64,000 bases of DNA from Williopsis jadinii (lineage: Eukaryota). The notes below the pieces were generated by a model. The model saw nothing but the letters and a program-made list of their open reading frames with translations. It was not told where the DNA came from and did no database searches. Both the position numbers and the translations under genes were made by a program. Where the stretch lies: positions 2,418,001-2,482,000 of the forward strand of contig AP024664.1 in the NCBI GenBank assembly GCA_024346625.1. Direction: 5' to 3'. This document shows positions 42,791-56,036 of this stretch, in pieces (position 1 is the first letter of the stretch; each line of letters opens with the position of its first letter).

Positions 42791-43041
42791 AGGCTACTGC
42801 TAAATGAAACTTCAAAGAAGTCTGTCCAGCGTAAGTACCTTTTCCACGCTGATCAAAGTGACTTGGTACACATGTTTCAGTTCCGCTTCCAACATAGTCA
42901 AGCGATAGCATATCCAGGGTAAGTTTCTCATATGCATTCATCAACAAACCAATCTTACTGGGATAATTAATACCATCAATCTATGTGACAAGGACTTCTA
43001 TTCAATTATGCAACATACACTGTATGGATTTAATGAAAACT

Positions 43042-46000
43042 CTATAAATCTTGCTCAACAGCTTCCAAGTCTCCCAGCTTCTCTAAGCCGAGCACAACTT
43101 GGGGTCTTTTAAACCATTTAAGTGCTAAACTGCTCAAGACAACACTAATAGAACTTAGTGCCATAGCAGCACTAGCCCACACAGGTGACAGTCTAGCGTG
43201 GTTGAACGGGTAAAATATACCAGCCGCAATAGGAATTCCAATGGCATTGTAACAGATGGCCCAACCAAAATTGAAGTAAACTCTGAGGAAAACCTTTTTG
43301 CTCAACTTGAGAAGAGTCAGTAAAGTTACAAGAGGATGAGAAGGAGACAACAATACAAAGTCTGAAGAAGTTAGAGCCAGATCAGAACCTGATGCTAGTG
43401 CAATACCAACGTCGGCTGTGGATAATGCCGGTGCATCGTTGATTCCATCACCAACCATAGCAATCACAGGTGGCTTATTGTTTATCAGGTTGGTCTCTCG
43501 AATCCACTTAATTCTTGTCGCCTTCTCCTCTGGAAGAACTTCTGCAATGACATTGTCGATACCAACTTCTTTGGCAATAGTCGTTGCCGTAGTGGTATTA
43601 TCACCCGATATCATCCATACCTGAATACCACTCTTCTTCAACTCTTCAATAACGCTCTTCGCTTCTGGGCGGATTTCATCACGACAAGCAAGAAGGAGAA
43701 CAGGGACATATGCATCTGTTTTGAAGAAGCTCTGACATTGAAGTGCAATAATGACGATGCTCTTTCCCTGTGCTTTCCAATCATTCAATAGCCTCTGTTG
43801 CTTGGAAGACAAGGTTACATCATTTTCTTCCATTAGTCTCTCATTACCAAGCAGCACCGCTGTTGGCTTATACTGGTTCCACAGACTATCCTGTGGTTCA
43901 GCCGAATCGAGATGGACTTCACCTGCAAGACCTTTTCCTGCAATTTCATGGATCTCAGGAACTTTCACCTGCGAGAGCTGGACTCCCAGCCTGTTAGAAG
44001 TGTGATCAACAAATGATTTAACAGCCTTCGCCAATGGATGACTCGAATTAACTTCAAGATCCCTGGAAACCTGGAGAGCAAACGTTCTGATGGACTTATC
44101 ATGATGAAGCGCAAAGTTTGTGATTCTTGGTTCACCACCAACAGTAAGAGTACCTGTTTTGTCAAAACAAACCACGTTAACTTTGGAGCCCTGCTGGAAA
44201 GCCATACCACCACCTCGAGCTAGTATACCATTCTGTGCTGCTAAGCCACCACCCACAAATAATGCTGTTGGTGCAGCAAGACCGATTCCACATGGACATG
44301 CGATGACAAACACAGCAATGGCAAATTCAAGAGACCACGCAGCCCATCCACCAACTTCGTTATCTCTATAACTCTCAGGAATGAAACCAAAATAACCGAG
44401 GGAAAACCAAACAATCCAGGTCAAAATCGCAAGAAACGTGATCAGAGGAACAAAGTAGCTGGTTAGAACGTCTGCAGACTTTTCAATCGGAGCCTTGTTC
44501 ATTTGACCATCTCTTACCGTGTTGACGATGTTGTCCAGTAGCGATGTGCCCTCCAAAGCACTCAGCTTAGCGATAATCGCATGAGGCCCTCTGCTCACAG
44601 TACCTGCAAAGATTTGTTCTCCAGATGTGTGTAAAACTGGGATGGATTCACCTGTCAATGCGCTCTCGTCGAACTGAGCTTCTCCCTGAGCGACGATACA
44701 ATCCACCGGAGGTGACCCACCAGGAACAATGCGAATGAAATCGCCAACTTCTAAGAGATTTATTGGTACAACTTGGTCGTTATCATACGTACCATCCTTT
44801 GCCCTTGTAAGGAGAATAGCAGTGCTTGGTTTCAGAGTTCCCAAATCCGTTATTGCCTGAGCAGTTTTAGTCTTTGAGTAGGACTCCAATAAACGTCCAA
44901 TGAGGAGGAAGAATGTCAAGAACACCACAGAGTCAAAATAACTAGCACTAGAGCCATGGCCATGCTCCGAAGGAACTTGACGCGCAGTTATCCATAGTAG
45001 AACTATACTGGCCACGTAAGACACGGTGGTTCCCAATGACATCAGCAAGTTCATGCTCCCAAATCTAAAGAACCTTCTCTTCCAGGACACATTGTGCTTC
45101 CACAGTGCTGAGATCTCAGTGATTGCTTTCTTGTGGAAAATGTCATCTGCGAAAAAGTACACAGGTGTTGCCAATATAAACAATATCCAGTCCATTCTGG
45201 AGACGTTTCCAACGAAGAGTGGCTCATCTAACCACATTCTGAACTTGTTGTTATGTGGAAGAGACATACCAATCATTCCAAAAACAAGAGTCGGGATCGA
45301 AACAATGCTGGTGAGGACCAATCTACTTGAAATCTTTGCAGTTTCTGCCTTGGCCATACGACGTAGATGCTCATCAAGAGTGACATCCTGCACAATCTCC
45401 ACCTCAAAGTTCTTGTCTCTGATCTTTTGCAGCACAGATCTTATTGTTAGGCTCGGTGGTGATGGGATGTATGTGAGCTTGACAAATGGGTGCTCCAGTG
45501 TTATAGGGTCTTCTATAACAACGGAGTCACCGATGTGTTTGAGAATTTCTGTAATGGCATCAGGACAGTGCTCACAGTACATGCCTTTGATCTTTAGGTT
45601 CACAGTTCTTGTCAACTTCTTTGTGCTAGCATGACTTATCTCTGATATGTCAATGACTTCAAAGTCGAACCCACAGTCTTCAACAGCGGACTTCAGCTTT
45701 GAAATTGTGTCTTGATCGTCAGAATCAAGGATAAAGACACCAGACTTGGAAACCACCGAGATTGAATGTTCCTCTAAAAACGGTAAACTTTGAACCGCAG
45801 TTGAGATAGACGATGCGCAAGATGCACACGTCATACCACCAATTGCAGCCTGCACGCGGAACCTGGTTTCTCTTTCAACTGGAAGGACTTCAACAAGGGT
45901 AGCAGAATAACCAGCTTCCTTTACTTCCTGAATAATGATATTGGCAACTTGTTTATTTGGGATAATGGCTACTGCTGAGCTTTTGATAAGGTCAACAGAA

Positions 46001-46551
46001 CATATTGGATCAGTGCCGTTGTGAAGATACTTCCTGAGGACCTCTTGAATTGAATTCGTAACAGTGTTGGCACACGAAGCGCACGTCATGCCAGCAAGGG
46101 CAAATACAGCTCTATATTCTGTGCCTTCAGCCACTGTTGTCGATGTAGAAGAGGACGCCTCTTGGTCCTGATTGCGGCATTTAGAGCAGTGCTGGTTGTG
46201 TACCCTTACTCTTTGCCTTTCACCAAAGAATAGGCTCCATGGAGAAGACCATGCACTTCGTCTGTGATGCACCAATGAGACATCTGTGGCCATGTCATAT
46301 AGCTCATACTCCTCAACTATTAGCCCGGCATGCTCAATTCTTGATAGCACTGGTTTGTACAACCTTGGAAGCACTGTATTGTCCTTACAAGTCACTGTAA
46401 CAACCTGGTCGTTTGTTATCTGTACTTTCACCGGAGGAAGGGAAGATGACGGTGAGCCAGCAAAGGAGAAGACATCACCAAGGCAAGACAAGATTGCCTG
46501 TTCACAGTCTTCACAGTGGATGTTGGATATCTCTATCGTGAGCTGCTGCAT
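43042..46551 (-). CDS. CRP1: Copper-transporting P1B-1 ATPase, Crp1/Crd1-like (probable Cu+ exporter), 1169 aa
   Basis: N-terminus has 2 CxxC (CEDC, CSKC) and 3 GMxCxxC (GMTCASC x2, GMYCEHC), the pattern of C. albicans Crp1. TGES, CPC, DKTGT, HP and GDGIND are present, as are the Cu+ signatures YN and MALSS. Family is certain; Crp1 rather than Ccc2 is inferred. Confidence 0.92.
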   Translation of the reverse strand: MQQLTIEISNIHCEDCEQAILSCLGDVFSFAGSPSSSLPPVKVQITNDQVVTVTCKDNTVLPRLYKPVLSRIEHAGLIVEEYELYDMATDVSLVHHRRSAWSSPWSLFFGERQRVRVHNQHCSKCRNQDQEASSSTSTTVAEGTEYRAVFALAGMTCASCANTVTNSIQEVLRKYLHNGTDPICSVDLIKSSAVAIIPNKQVANIIIQEVKEAGYSATLVEVLPVERETRFRVQAAIGGMTCASCASSISTAVQSLPFLEEHSISVVSKSGVFILDSDDQDTISKLKSAVEDCGFDFEVIDISEISHASTKKLTRTVNLKIKGMYCEHCPDAITEILKHIGDSVVIEDPITLEHPFVKLTYIPSPPSLTIRSVLQKIRDKNFEVEIVQDVTLDEHLRRMAKAETAKISSRLVLTSIVSIPTLVFGMIGMSLPHNNKFRMWLDEPLFVGNVSRMDWILFILATPVYFFADDIFHKKAITEISALWKHNVSWKRRFFRFGSMNLLMSLGTTVSYVASIVLLWITARQVPSEHGHGSSASYFDSVVFLTFFLLIGRLLESYSKTKTAQAITDLGTLKPSTAILLTRAKDGTYDNDQVVPINLLEVGDFIRIVPGGSPPVDCIVAQGEAQFDESALTGESIPVLHTSGEQIFAGTVSRGPHAIIAKLSALEGTSLLDNIVNTVRDGQMNKAPIEKSADVLTSYFVPLITFLAILTWIVWFSLGYFGFIPESYRDNEVGGWAAWSLEFAIAVFVIACPCGIGLAAPTALFVGGGLAAQNGILARGGGMAFQQGSKVNVVCFDKTGTLTVGGEPRITNFALHHDKSIRTFALQVSRDLEVNSSHPLAKAVKSFVDHTSNRLGVQLSQVKVPEIHEIAGKGLAGEVHLDSAEPQDSLWNQYKPTAVLLGNERLMEENDVTLSSKQQRLLNDWKAQGKSIVIIALQCQSFFKTDAYVPVLLLACRDEIRPEAKSVIEELKKSGIQVWMISGDNTTTATTIAKEVGIDNVIAEVLPEEKATRIKWIRETNLINNKPPVIAMVGDGINDAPALSTADVGIALASGSDLALTSSDFVLLSPSHPLVTLLTLLKLSKKVFLRVYFNFGWAICYNAIGIPIAAGIFYPFNHARLSPVWASAAMALSSISVVLSSLALKWFKRPQVVLGLEKLGDLEAVEQDL

Positions 46552-46852
46552 TCTACTTGTAGTCTTGTTTGCTTCTTTCTCTGTTGTTGCGTGCTTTCAA
46601 GAATAATCAACTCGACGTAAGGTATGGGGGTGTAAGCGAGGTTGAGTTTTCCAAAACCTTGCGGGTGCCTTTTTTATTTTCCCCGGTGGAAGAACAATTA
46701 GTGTTCATGATGACGTAATGATTATTGTTCTGTATAAGCCCGACAATCCCCGATACCTAAGCGTAACGCTTGAGGATTATCCACATAGTTACAATAGTCA
46801 TAGAGAATAAGATTCAACTTGTATCTATATACAACCTATAAGACGAGAGATG

Positions 46853-48247
46853 TTACTGGCTCAAGAACAATTCCTCAGCTTCAACAATAGATTTGGCCAG
46901 CAAGTCCACGATAGCCTGAGCGTCGGCTTTGGTGATGATGTACGATGGTGAAAGAGTAACATGGTCGCCGACTTCACCAGCTCCACAGAGTGCCATGACG
47001 GAAAGACCATTCTTGAAGGCAACGCGGCCAACTATATGGGCGAAGTCATCCTCAACAGCGAACTTCTCCTTGGTGGTTCTGTCTTTGACAAACTCAACAC
47101 TCCAGAACCCACCACTGCCTCTAACATCTCCACAGAATTTGGAAACATTTGGGATCTTCTCCTTCAGAAGTTGACCCATGTAGGAGCCAACTTCCTCAAT
47201 ATTAGCAGTGAGGTCCAATTTGGCAATCTTCTTCTGGACTGCAAGAGCGATTCTGGTGTTAAAGGCATGTGAATGATAGGTCTGCGCACCTGGGATGTTG
47301 TTCGATCCATTGGCAATAGTGTCTCTAACCTTTGGCGAGATCAAGACACCTGCAATGGTGACAAAGCCCGAGCCAAGCGTCTTTCCAATAGATTGGATAT
47401 CTGGACCAACAGCACCGGATGATTCATCATCAAGAGGCAAATACTTCTCCCAAGCGTGGAAGGCACCACATCTTGACATCCCACACATGACTTCATCCAG
47501 CATGAACAATGCCCCATACTTGTGACAGATAGCACGGGCGCCTTCCAAGTAACCTGGCAATGGGGGTTCTGTTCCGACTGTAGAACCTGAAACAGTTTCG
47601 GTGATGAAGGCCGCAACAGTATCTGGACCTGCAGCGATAAAGGCCTCCTCCAGCTCTTCCAAGAGCCTGTCTTTGTACTGCTCTTCCGTTTCACCATCTC
47701 TCTGTTCACGGTATCTGTAAACTGTTCCAACTTTTGGTGTGTGCTTTGCACTCAGCAAGATGGGTTCAAAAGGGCTGGTTCTCGAACCGGAAATGGCCAT
47801 GGCCCCCAGGGTATAGCCGTGGTAGGATTTCTGTCTCGAAATGAACTTGACCCTCTTAGCATCGTTTCTCTCAACATGGTACTGGTAGATGATTTTCAGC
47901 GCGTTGTCGTTGGACTCAGACCCGGAACCAGTAAAGATTGCAGCCTTGAAGGCGCCCTTTGGAGAGCGTTCAATCAGGTAATCAGCAAGCTCTTCAGCAT
48001 ATTCGTTTGTCATAGCTAATGGGAACGAGTAGACGCATTCCTTTGAGGCTTTGACAATCTCCTCAAGGATGTCAGGGTCACCATGGCCCAGTGAGCCAAC
48101 GGCAGCACCTGTGCATCCATCAATCATCTCAGAAACCTCCCCAGTGTATGGGTCCTTTACTGTGATTTTGATACCGTCTCCTGCAATGACGTAAGGGTTT
48201 TTCTTGGTAACGGTTGCCTGTAATAAGCGCGATTCTGTGAATGTCAT
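46853..48247 (-). CDS. PLP-dependent class III aminotransferase, 464 aa
   Basis: Motifs SGSESND, SYHG, ETVSG, LDEVMCGMSRCG, PDIQSIGK (PLP lysine), QTY and DVRGSG. Confidence 0.95.
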   Translation of the reverse strand: MTFTESRLLQATVTKKNPYVIAGDGIKITVKDPYTGEVSEMIDGCTGAAVGSLGHGDPDILEEIVKASKECVYSFPLAMTNEYAEELADYLIERSPKGAFKAAIFTGSGSESNDNALKIIYQYHVERNDAKRVKFISRQKSYHGYTLGAMAISGSRTSPFEPILLSAKHTPKVGTVYRYREQRDGETEEQYKDRLLEELEEAFIAAGPDTVAAFITETVSGSTVGTEPPLPGYLEGARAICHKYGALFMLDEVMCGMSRCGAFHAWEKYLPLDDESSGAVGPDIQSIGKTLGSGFVTIAGVLISPKVRDTIANGSNNIPGAQTYHSHAFNTRIALAVQKKIAKLDLTANIEEVGSYMGQLLKEKIPNVSKFCGDVRGSGGFWSVEFVKDRTTKEKFAVEDDFAHIVGRVAFKNGLSVMALCGAGEVGDHVTLSPSYIITKADAQAIVDLLAKSIVEAEELFLSQ

Positions 48248-49042
48248 TGTTGTTCGTGATAGTTATGAACTGGCTTACCTCATCTCTTGAGCTGAATCTC
48301 TCAACAGAGTCATTGGATGCCCTTTTTATACCCCAGGTTCCAACTTCTTTCTGTTATCCTATCCCCTTTTTTTTCTCCTTCCTAACTACATTGATAAAGA
48401 ATCATACCACTTTACCAAGTATGGCACTAGGATTGTGTTAAATCTATGATAGTTAACCAGCCAGTAGAGATTGGTGATAAAGTCGGTGATTAAGCGACCT
48501 CCAGATGCTGTCGTGCCTATGTGTTTCTCCTGTCTCGGACGCGTCCAACTTCCGCATTCGGACAGTATATGGGAAATGGATTCTTCGGTAAAGATCTCAG
48601 GTGTATACGTATAGTGGGCCTTGACTAATGCGACTACTTGTTCGAAGCGTCTCGGCATCGTTCGATGGTTTTAGTATGACACATTTCGCAGCATGATTGG
48701 CTGAGCACTGGGAGGGGGAGGTTGTGTGGGTTGATGTTTGATAGGTGTCTCACCGGGTAGAATAGCCTAAACAGCCATGTGCCGAGGCAGAGATAGAGAT
48801 CAGGGAGGAATTCATCAATCACAGTTAGCTATGGCTGCTAAAGCGTGTCATTGTGTGTGGGTGTGAACGCGAGTGTATTATTGGTGATGTTAAGCGGTAA
48901 AGCTAAGCGTTACACAATTTCCTCTTTGGGACCAGCTCGTATAATCAATGCCTTCAAATGGTGGGAAAAGCTTCTCATTTATAACGACGGAAAACGGCTC
49001 TTGACCAGTACCAAGTTATGACGCGTTCATACCATCTCAATC

Positions 49043-49573
49043 ATGACTAAAGTACTTGTATCTGGAGCTTCTGGATTTGTTGCATTACATATTGTTGGTG
49101 AACTCCTTAGTGAAGGGTTCGAGGTTGTTGGCACTGTCAGATCACAGGCACAGGCTGATAAACTGTTTGCGAGATTCAAGGCTAAATACCCCCATGGATC
49201 ATTGACCTATTCCATCGTCCCAGATATCTCCAAGGATGGTGCTTTTGATAAGGTGTTTGAAACAATTGATGACATTGACTATGTCCTACACACCGCGTCG
49301 CCATTTTCTTTTGGACTTGAAGGCACACTGGAGGATATTTATCTCATTCCAGCTGTTAATGGTACGCTGAACATGCTAAAGTCGGTTCAAAAGCTTGCTC
49401 CACAAGTGTCTAAAGTTGTTGTGACATCGTCAATGGCATCTATACAGAATTTTGATAAAGTTGGTGATGCCAGCTTCATCCACACGGAATCTACATGGAA
49501 TCCTATCCAATGGGACGAGGTTACGGATGAGAACATGGCCTATGTTGCTTCAAAGAAATTGGCAGAGAAAGCA

Positions 49574-49576
<3 letters not shown>
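49043..49576 (+). pseudogene. Gre2/Ari1-like NAD(P)-dependent aldehyde reductase (extended SDR), C-terminally truncated at 177 aa by the rDNA junction
   Basis: Motifs VSGASGFVA, HTASP, VVTSS and catalytic YVASK. Family members are ~340 aa. The TAA stop is the first three bases of the resumed 25S sequence. Confidence 0.9.
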
Positions 49577-51686
<2,110 letters not shown>

Positions 51687-52016
51687 TGTTTCGGCAACTC
51701 TATTTTTTGCTGGCGGGTGCCAGCTGGGGATAGAGTGTCACACAGTTGCCGTAGGCGACTGTGTATTTGTTTTGGTGACGGTAGGGTAATCTTTGGTGTG
51801 AGTGGTGTAGTTTTTGCTTTTTTGTCACGGGGTGTGTGGGTGTTGTGATGAAGATGGTCTCTGAGGTTTTATGACGGTAGGGTAACAGTTGGTGTGAGTG
51901 GTTGAATTTTTTTTAATTTTTCACCAGAGCTCCCAGGAGGAATTTTTGTTTTTCGTGAGGGGAGGGGGTTTCCACCGGCTAGGCTGGGCTGGGCTTCCAG
52001 GCTGGGCTTAAAAAAG

Positions 52017-52204
52017 TTAGGCGGGTGGTCAGCCTAAAAAGCTAGGCGGGTGGGATAAGCCTAGAAAGCTAGGCGGGTGGTCAGCCTAAAAAGCTAGGCG
52101 GGTGGGATAAGCCTAGAAAGCTAGGCGGGTGGTCAGCCTAAAATGCTAGGCGGGTGGTCAGCCTAAAATGCTAGGCGGGATGGGCTTAAAATGTTAGGCG
52201 GGTC
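52017..52204. repeat. IGS1 25/27-bp repeat, shorter variant as in unit 1
   Basis: Constant offset of 42876 to unit 1. Confidence 0.9.
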
Positions 52205-52797
52205 CACACTGGGGCACCACAGACACCAAGTCCAAACACTTAGGAAAGACACCCAGACCAGACCAAGACCAACCTATGGCTACACCAACAGATTCCCACA
52301 ACGACAACCACGGGAAATGGGAATGTGGCCCCAAAGTGGGATTTTACCAAAACCGTTAGTATGGGGATCCCCCAGGCAGTGGGAATTTCCGGTTACGAGC
52401 GCTGGCGAGGATTTTCTAATTTTGCGAGAAGTGCGACCATCCCTCCGCGCCTGCGCCGCTGCGGGATGGTCATAATGATTTAAAAAAACTAGGGGTATCC
52501 GGTTCCGCCCCCGTATATAGGTATATATATGTGTGTAGATGGGTGGGTGGTGGTGGTGGTTGACGGGGGGGGAGGGGGGTTTATATAGTTTTGGGTGGTG
52601 TTGGGTGGTCACGTGGGTCACGTGAGTGGTGTGCGGGTGGTGTGTGTGGTGTAAGGGTGTGCAGTCACCGGGCGGGTCACGTGGATGGTGTTAGGGCTGG
52701 TGTAGGCCACGGCCACCAGCCGGGTAGACTACCCCTTTTGGGACACCGGGTAGACTGCCCCTTTTGGGAAGCCGGTTACCCAACTTGGGTAAAAAAA

Positions 52798-52918
52798 AGA
52801 TTGCAGCACCTGAGTTTCGCGTATGGTCACCCACTACACTACTCGATCAGGCTCTTAGCAGCTTAACTACAGTTGATCGGACGGGAAACGGTGCTTTCTG
52901 CTAGATATGGCCGCAACC
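52798..52918 (-). rRNA. RDN5: 5S rRNA, unit 4
   Basis: Matches the unit 1 5S. Confidence 0.98.
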
Positions 52919-53135
52919 GAAATGGAAGCGCGCGGGGGAGGTTACACTGCTTACACTGCTTACACCGCTTACTAAGCAGCTTACTAAGAACCGCTTACTA
53001 AGACACCGCTTACTAAGCACTGTGTAGATGTAGCAGGTGGGTGTAGGGGTAAGGTCCAGCGGGCCCAGGGCATCCAGGGGGCTGTCTATAGCGGGAGCTA
53101 TAGGGCGCGTCGTACGTGGACGTGTAGCAGGTGTG

Positions 53136-56036
53136 TAGTGAGTGTCCATTGGGGGCCTGGGTGTCCAGCGGGCGGTCATTTGGTGATGATTCAGGAGTGA
53201 ACCAGCGGTGAGTTGATGTCCACGGGTGGCCAGCGGGCCTCCAGGGGACCTCCAGGGGGCCTCTAGGGGATGGATCGTGGTCTCTAAGGTGGGTCTAGCA
53301 TGTTTACAGTACATAGATGTGTGGAAGATGTCCATTGGGTGTCTGATTGTTTACTCGGGGTCCATTTGGTGTTGATTCAGGGGTGAGTTGATGTCCATGG
53401 ATGTCCAGGGATGTCCACGGGATGTCCAGCGGGCGTCCATAGGCCTCTAGGGGCGTCCGGTGGCTATATCGTGGTCTCCAGGGTCTGTCCAGGGTATTCC
53501 CAGCATGTAGTTGTGTAGAAGATGTCCATTGGGTGTCTGATTGTTTACTCCGTGTCCACTTGGTGATGATTCAGCGGCAGCGAGCGTTGAGGGGGCCTCT
53601 AGGGGCCTCCAACGGGAGCCTGGTGGATGGATCGTGGTCTCCAGTGTGTTCCCAGCTTGTAGATGTCCATTGCATGTCCAATAAGTGTTTGGTTGTTGAC
53701 CCGCTGTCCATTTGGTGTTGATTCAGGGGCGAGATGATGTTCACGGGGCATCCACAGACCTCTAGCAAGAGCCTGGTGGATGTATCGTGGTCTCCAGCGT
53801 CTGTCCAGGGTATTCCCAGTGTGTAGATGTCCATTGAGTGTCCATTGGTGGCCTTGTTGTTTACACGGTGTCCACTTGATGATGATTCAGCGGCAAGCGA
53901 ACGTTGATGGAGCGTCCAACAAGCCTCTAGGGACCTCCAGCGGGAGCCTAGTCGATGCCTAGACATCCTTAGGTGGTCTCCAGCATCTTCCCTGTTTGTA
54001 GTTGTCCATTGAATGTCCATTGGTGGCCTTGTTGTTGACACGGTGTCCACTTGGTGTTGATTCAGCGGCAAGCGAACGTCGACGAGGTGGCCACCAGGCA
54101 TCCACAGACCTCTAGCAAGAGCCTGGTGGGTGGATTGTGGTCGCCAGGGTTGGTCTAGAGTATTTCCAGTGTGTTGATGTCCATTGAATGTCCAATAGAT
54201 GGCTTGTTGTTTACCCGCCGCCCACTCGGTGATGTTTCAGCGGCGAGTTGATGTCCACAGTATGTCCACGGGGCAACCATAAGCCTCTAGCGACAGCCTG
54301 GTGGATGTATCACGGTCTCTAGCGTCTGTCCAGCGTATTCCCAGCAAGTAGATGTCCAATTGGTGTCCATTGGTGGCCTTGTTGTTGACACGGTGTCCAC
54401 TTGATGATGATTCAGCGGCAAGCGAACGTTGATGGGGCCTTCACGCGGCAAACATAAGCCTCTAGCGAACGTCCAGTGGATGGACCGTGGTCTCCAGTGT
54501 CTGTTTGGCATGTTCCCAGTACGTTGATGTCCAATTGGTGTCCATTGGTGGCCTTGTTGTTTACACGGTGTCCACTTGGTGTTGATTCAGCGGCGAGAAA
54601 ACGTCGACGAGGTGGCCACCAGGCATCCACAGACCTCTAGCGATAGCCTGGTGGATGTATCGTGGTCTCCAGTGTCTGTTTGGCATGTGTCCAGTGTGTA
54701 GGTATCCATTGAATGTCCATTGGTGGCCTTGTTGTTTACCCGCTGTCCATTTGGTGTTGATTCAGGGGCGAGAAAACGTCGACGGCGTTGCCACCAGGCA
54801 TCCGCAGGCCTCTAGCGATAGCCTGGTGGATGGACCGTGGCCTCCAGTGTCTGTTTGGCATGTGTCCAGCATGTAGATGTGTGGAAGATGTCCATTGGTG
54901 GCCTTGTTGTTTACACGGTGTCCACTTGATGATGATTCAGCGGCGAGAAAACGTCGACGTGGTGGCCACCAGGCATCCACAGACCTCTAGCGACAGCCTG
55001 GTGGATGTATCGTGGTCTCTAGCGTCTGTCCAAGGTATTCCCAGTGCGTTGATGTCCATTGAATGTCCAATAGATGGCTTGTTGTTTACCCGCCGCCCAC
55101 TTGATGATGTTTCAGCGGCGAGTTGATGTCCACAGGATGTCCACCAGGCATCCACAGACCTCTAGCGATAGCCTGGTGGATGTATCGTGGTCTCTAGCGT
55201 CTGTTTGGCATGTGTCCAGCATGTAGTTGTCCAATTGGTGTCCATCGGTGGCCTTGTTGTTTACACCGTGTCCACTTGATGATGTTTCAGCAGTGAGTTG
55301 ATGTCCACAGGATGTCCACGGGGCAACCATAAGCCTCTAGCGAACGTCTAGTCGATGTATCGTGGTCTCCAGTGTCTGTTTGGCATGTGTCCAGTGTGTA
55401 GGTATCCGTTGAATGTCCATTGGTGGCCTGATTGTTTACCCGCTGTCCATTTGGTGTTGATTCAGCGGCGAGAAAACGTCGACGGCGTTGCCACCAGGCA
55501 TCCGCAGGCCTCTATCAAGAGCCTGGTGGATGTATCGTGGCCTCTAGGGATGGTCTAGCGTATTCCCAGTGTGTAGATTTCCATTGAATGTCCATTGGTC
55601 GCCTCTTTGTTTACCCCCCGCCCGCTTGATGATGTTTCAGCGGCGTGTTGATGTCCACAGGATGTTCACGGGGCAAACATAAGCCTCTAGCGAGAGCCTG
55701 GTGGGTGGAGCGTGGTCTCCAGTGTCTGTTTGGCACGTGTCCAGCATGTAGATGTGTGGAAGATGTCCATTGGTGGCCTCGTTGTTTACACGGTGTCCAC
55801 TTGATGTTGTTTCAGCGGCGAGAAAACGTCGACGGGGCCTCCACGCGGCAAACATAAGCCTCTAGCGATAGCCTGGTGGATGTATCGTGGCCTCTAGGTT
55901 CTGTCCAGCATGTTTCCAATACATAGATGTGTAGAAGATGTCCAACCAGCGCCCCTTTGTTTACCCTCTACCCCCTTGATGTTCATTCAGGGAAAAGTTT
56001 TTTTTTCGCAAATTCAGCGGCGAGAAAACGCCCACG
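53136..56036. repeat. IGS2 ~175-bp satellite, ~16-17 copies
   Basis: Colinear with unit 1. Confidence 0.95.

Larger units (their letters stand above)
39966..49573. other. Non-rDNA single-copy segment (~9.6 kb) embedded in the rDNA array
   Basis: IGS homology stops after CCCTGGAAAGCAAAA (39965); 25S homology resumes at TAACAACTCACCGGCC (49574). Confidence 0.95.

Noticed and set aside
43418..48019. Plus-strand ORFs opposite the ATPase and aminotransferase (e.g. 45026-45634)
   Set aside because: Antisense shadows of the real genes.
39966..49573. Engineered rDNA-integration vector or intact transposon as the source of the insert
   Set aside because: No marker, bacterial origin, polylinker, terminal repeats, target-site duplication or intact transposase/RT. 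The genes look like native yeast genes with native spacers.
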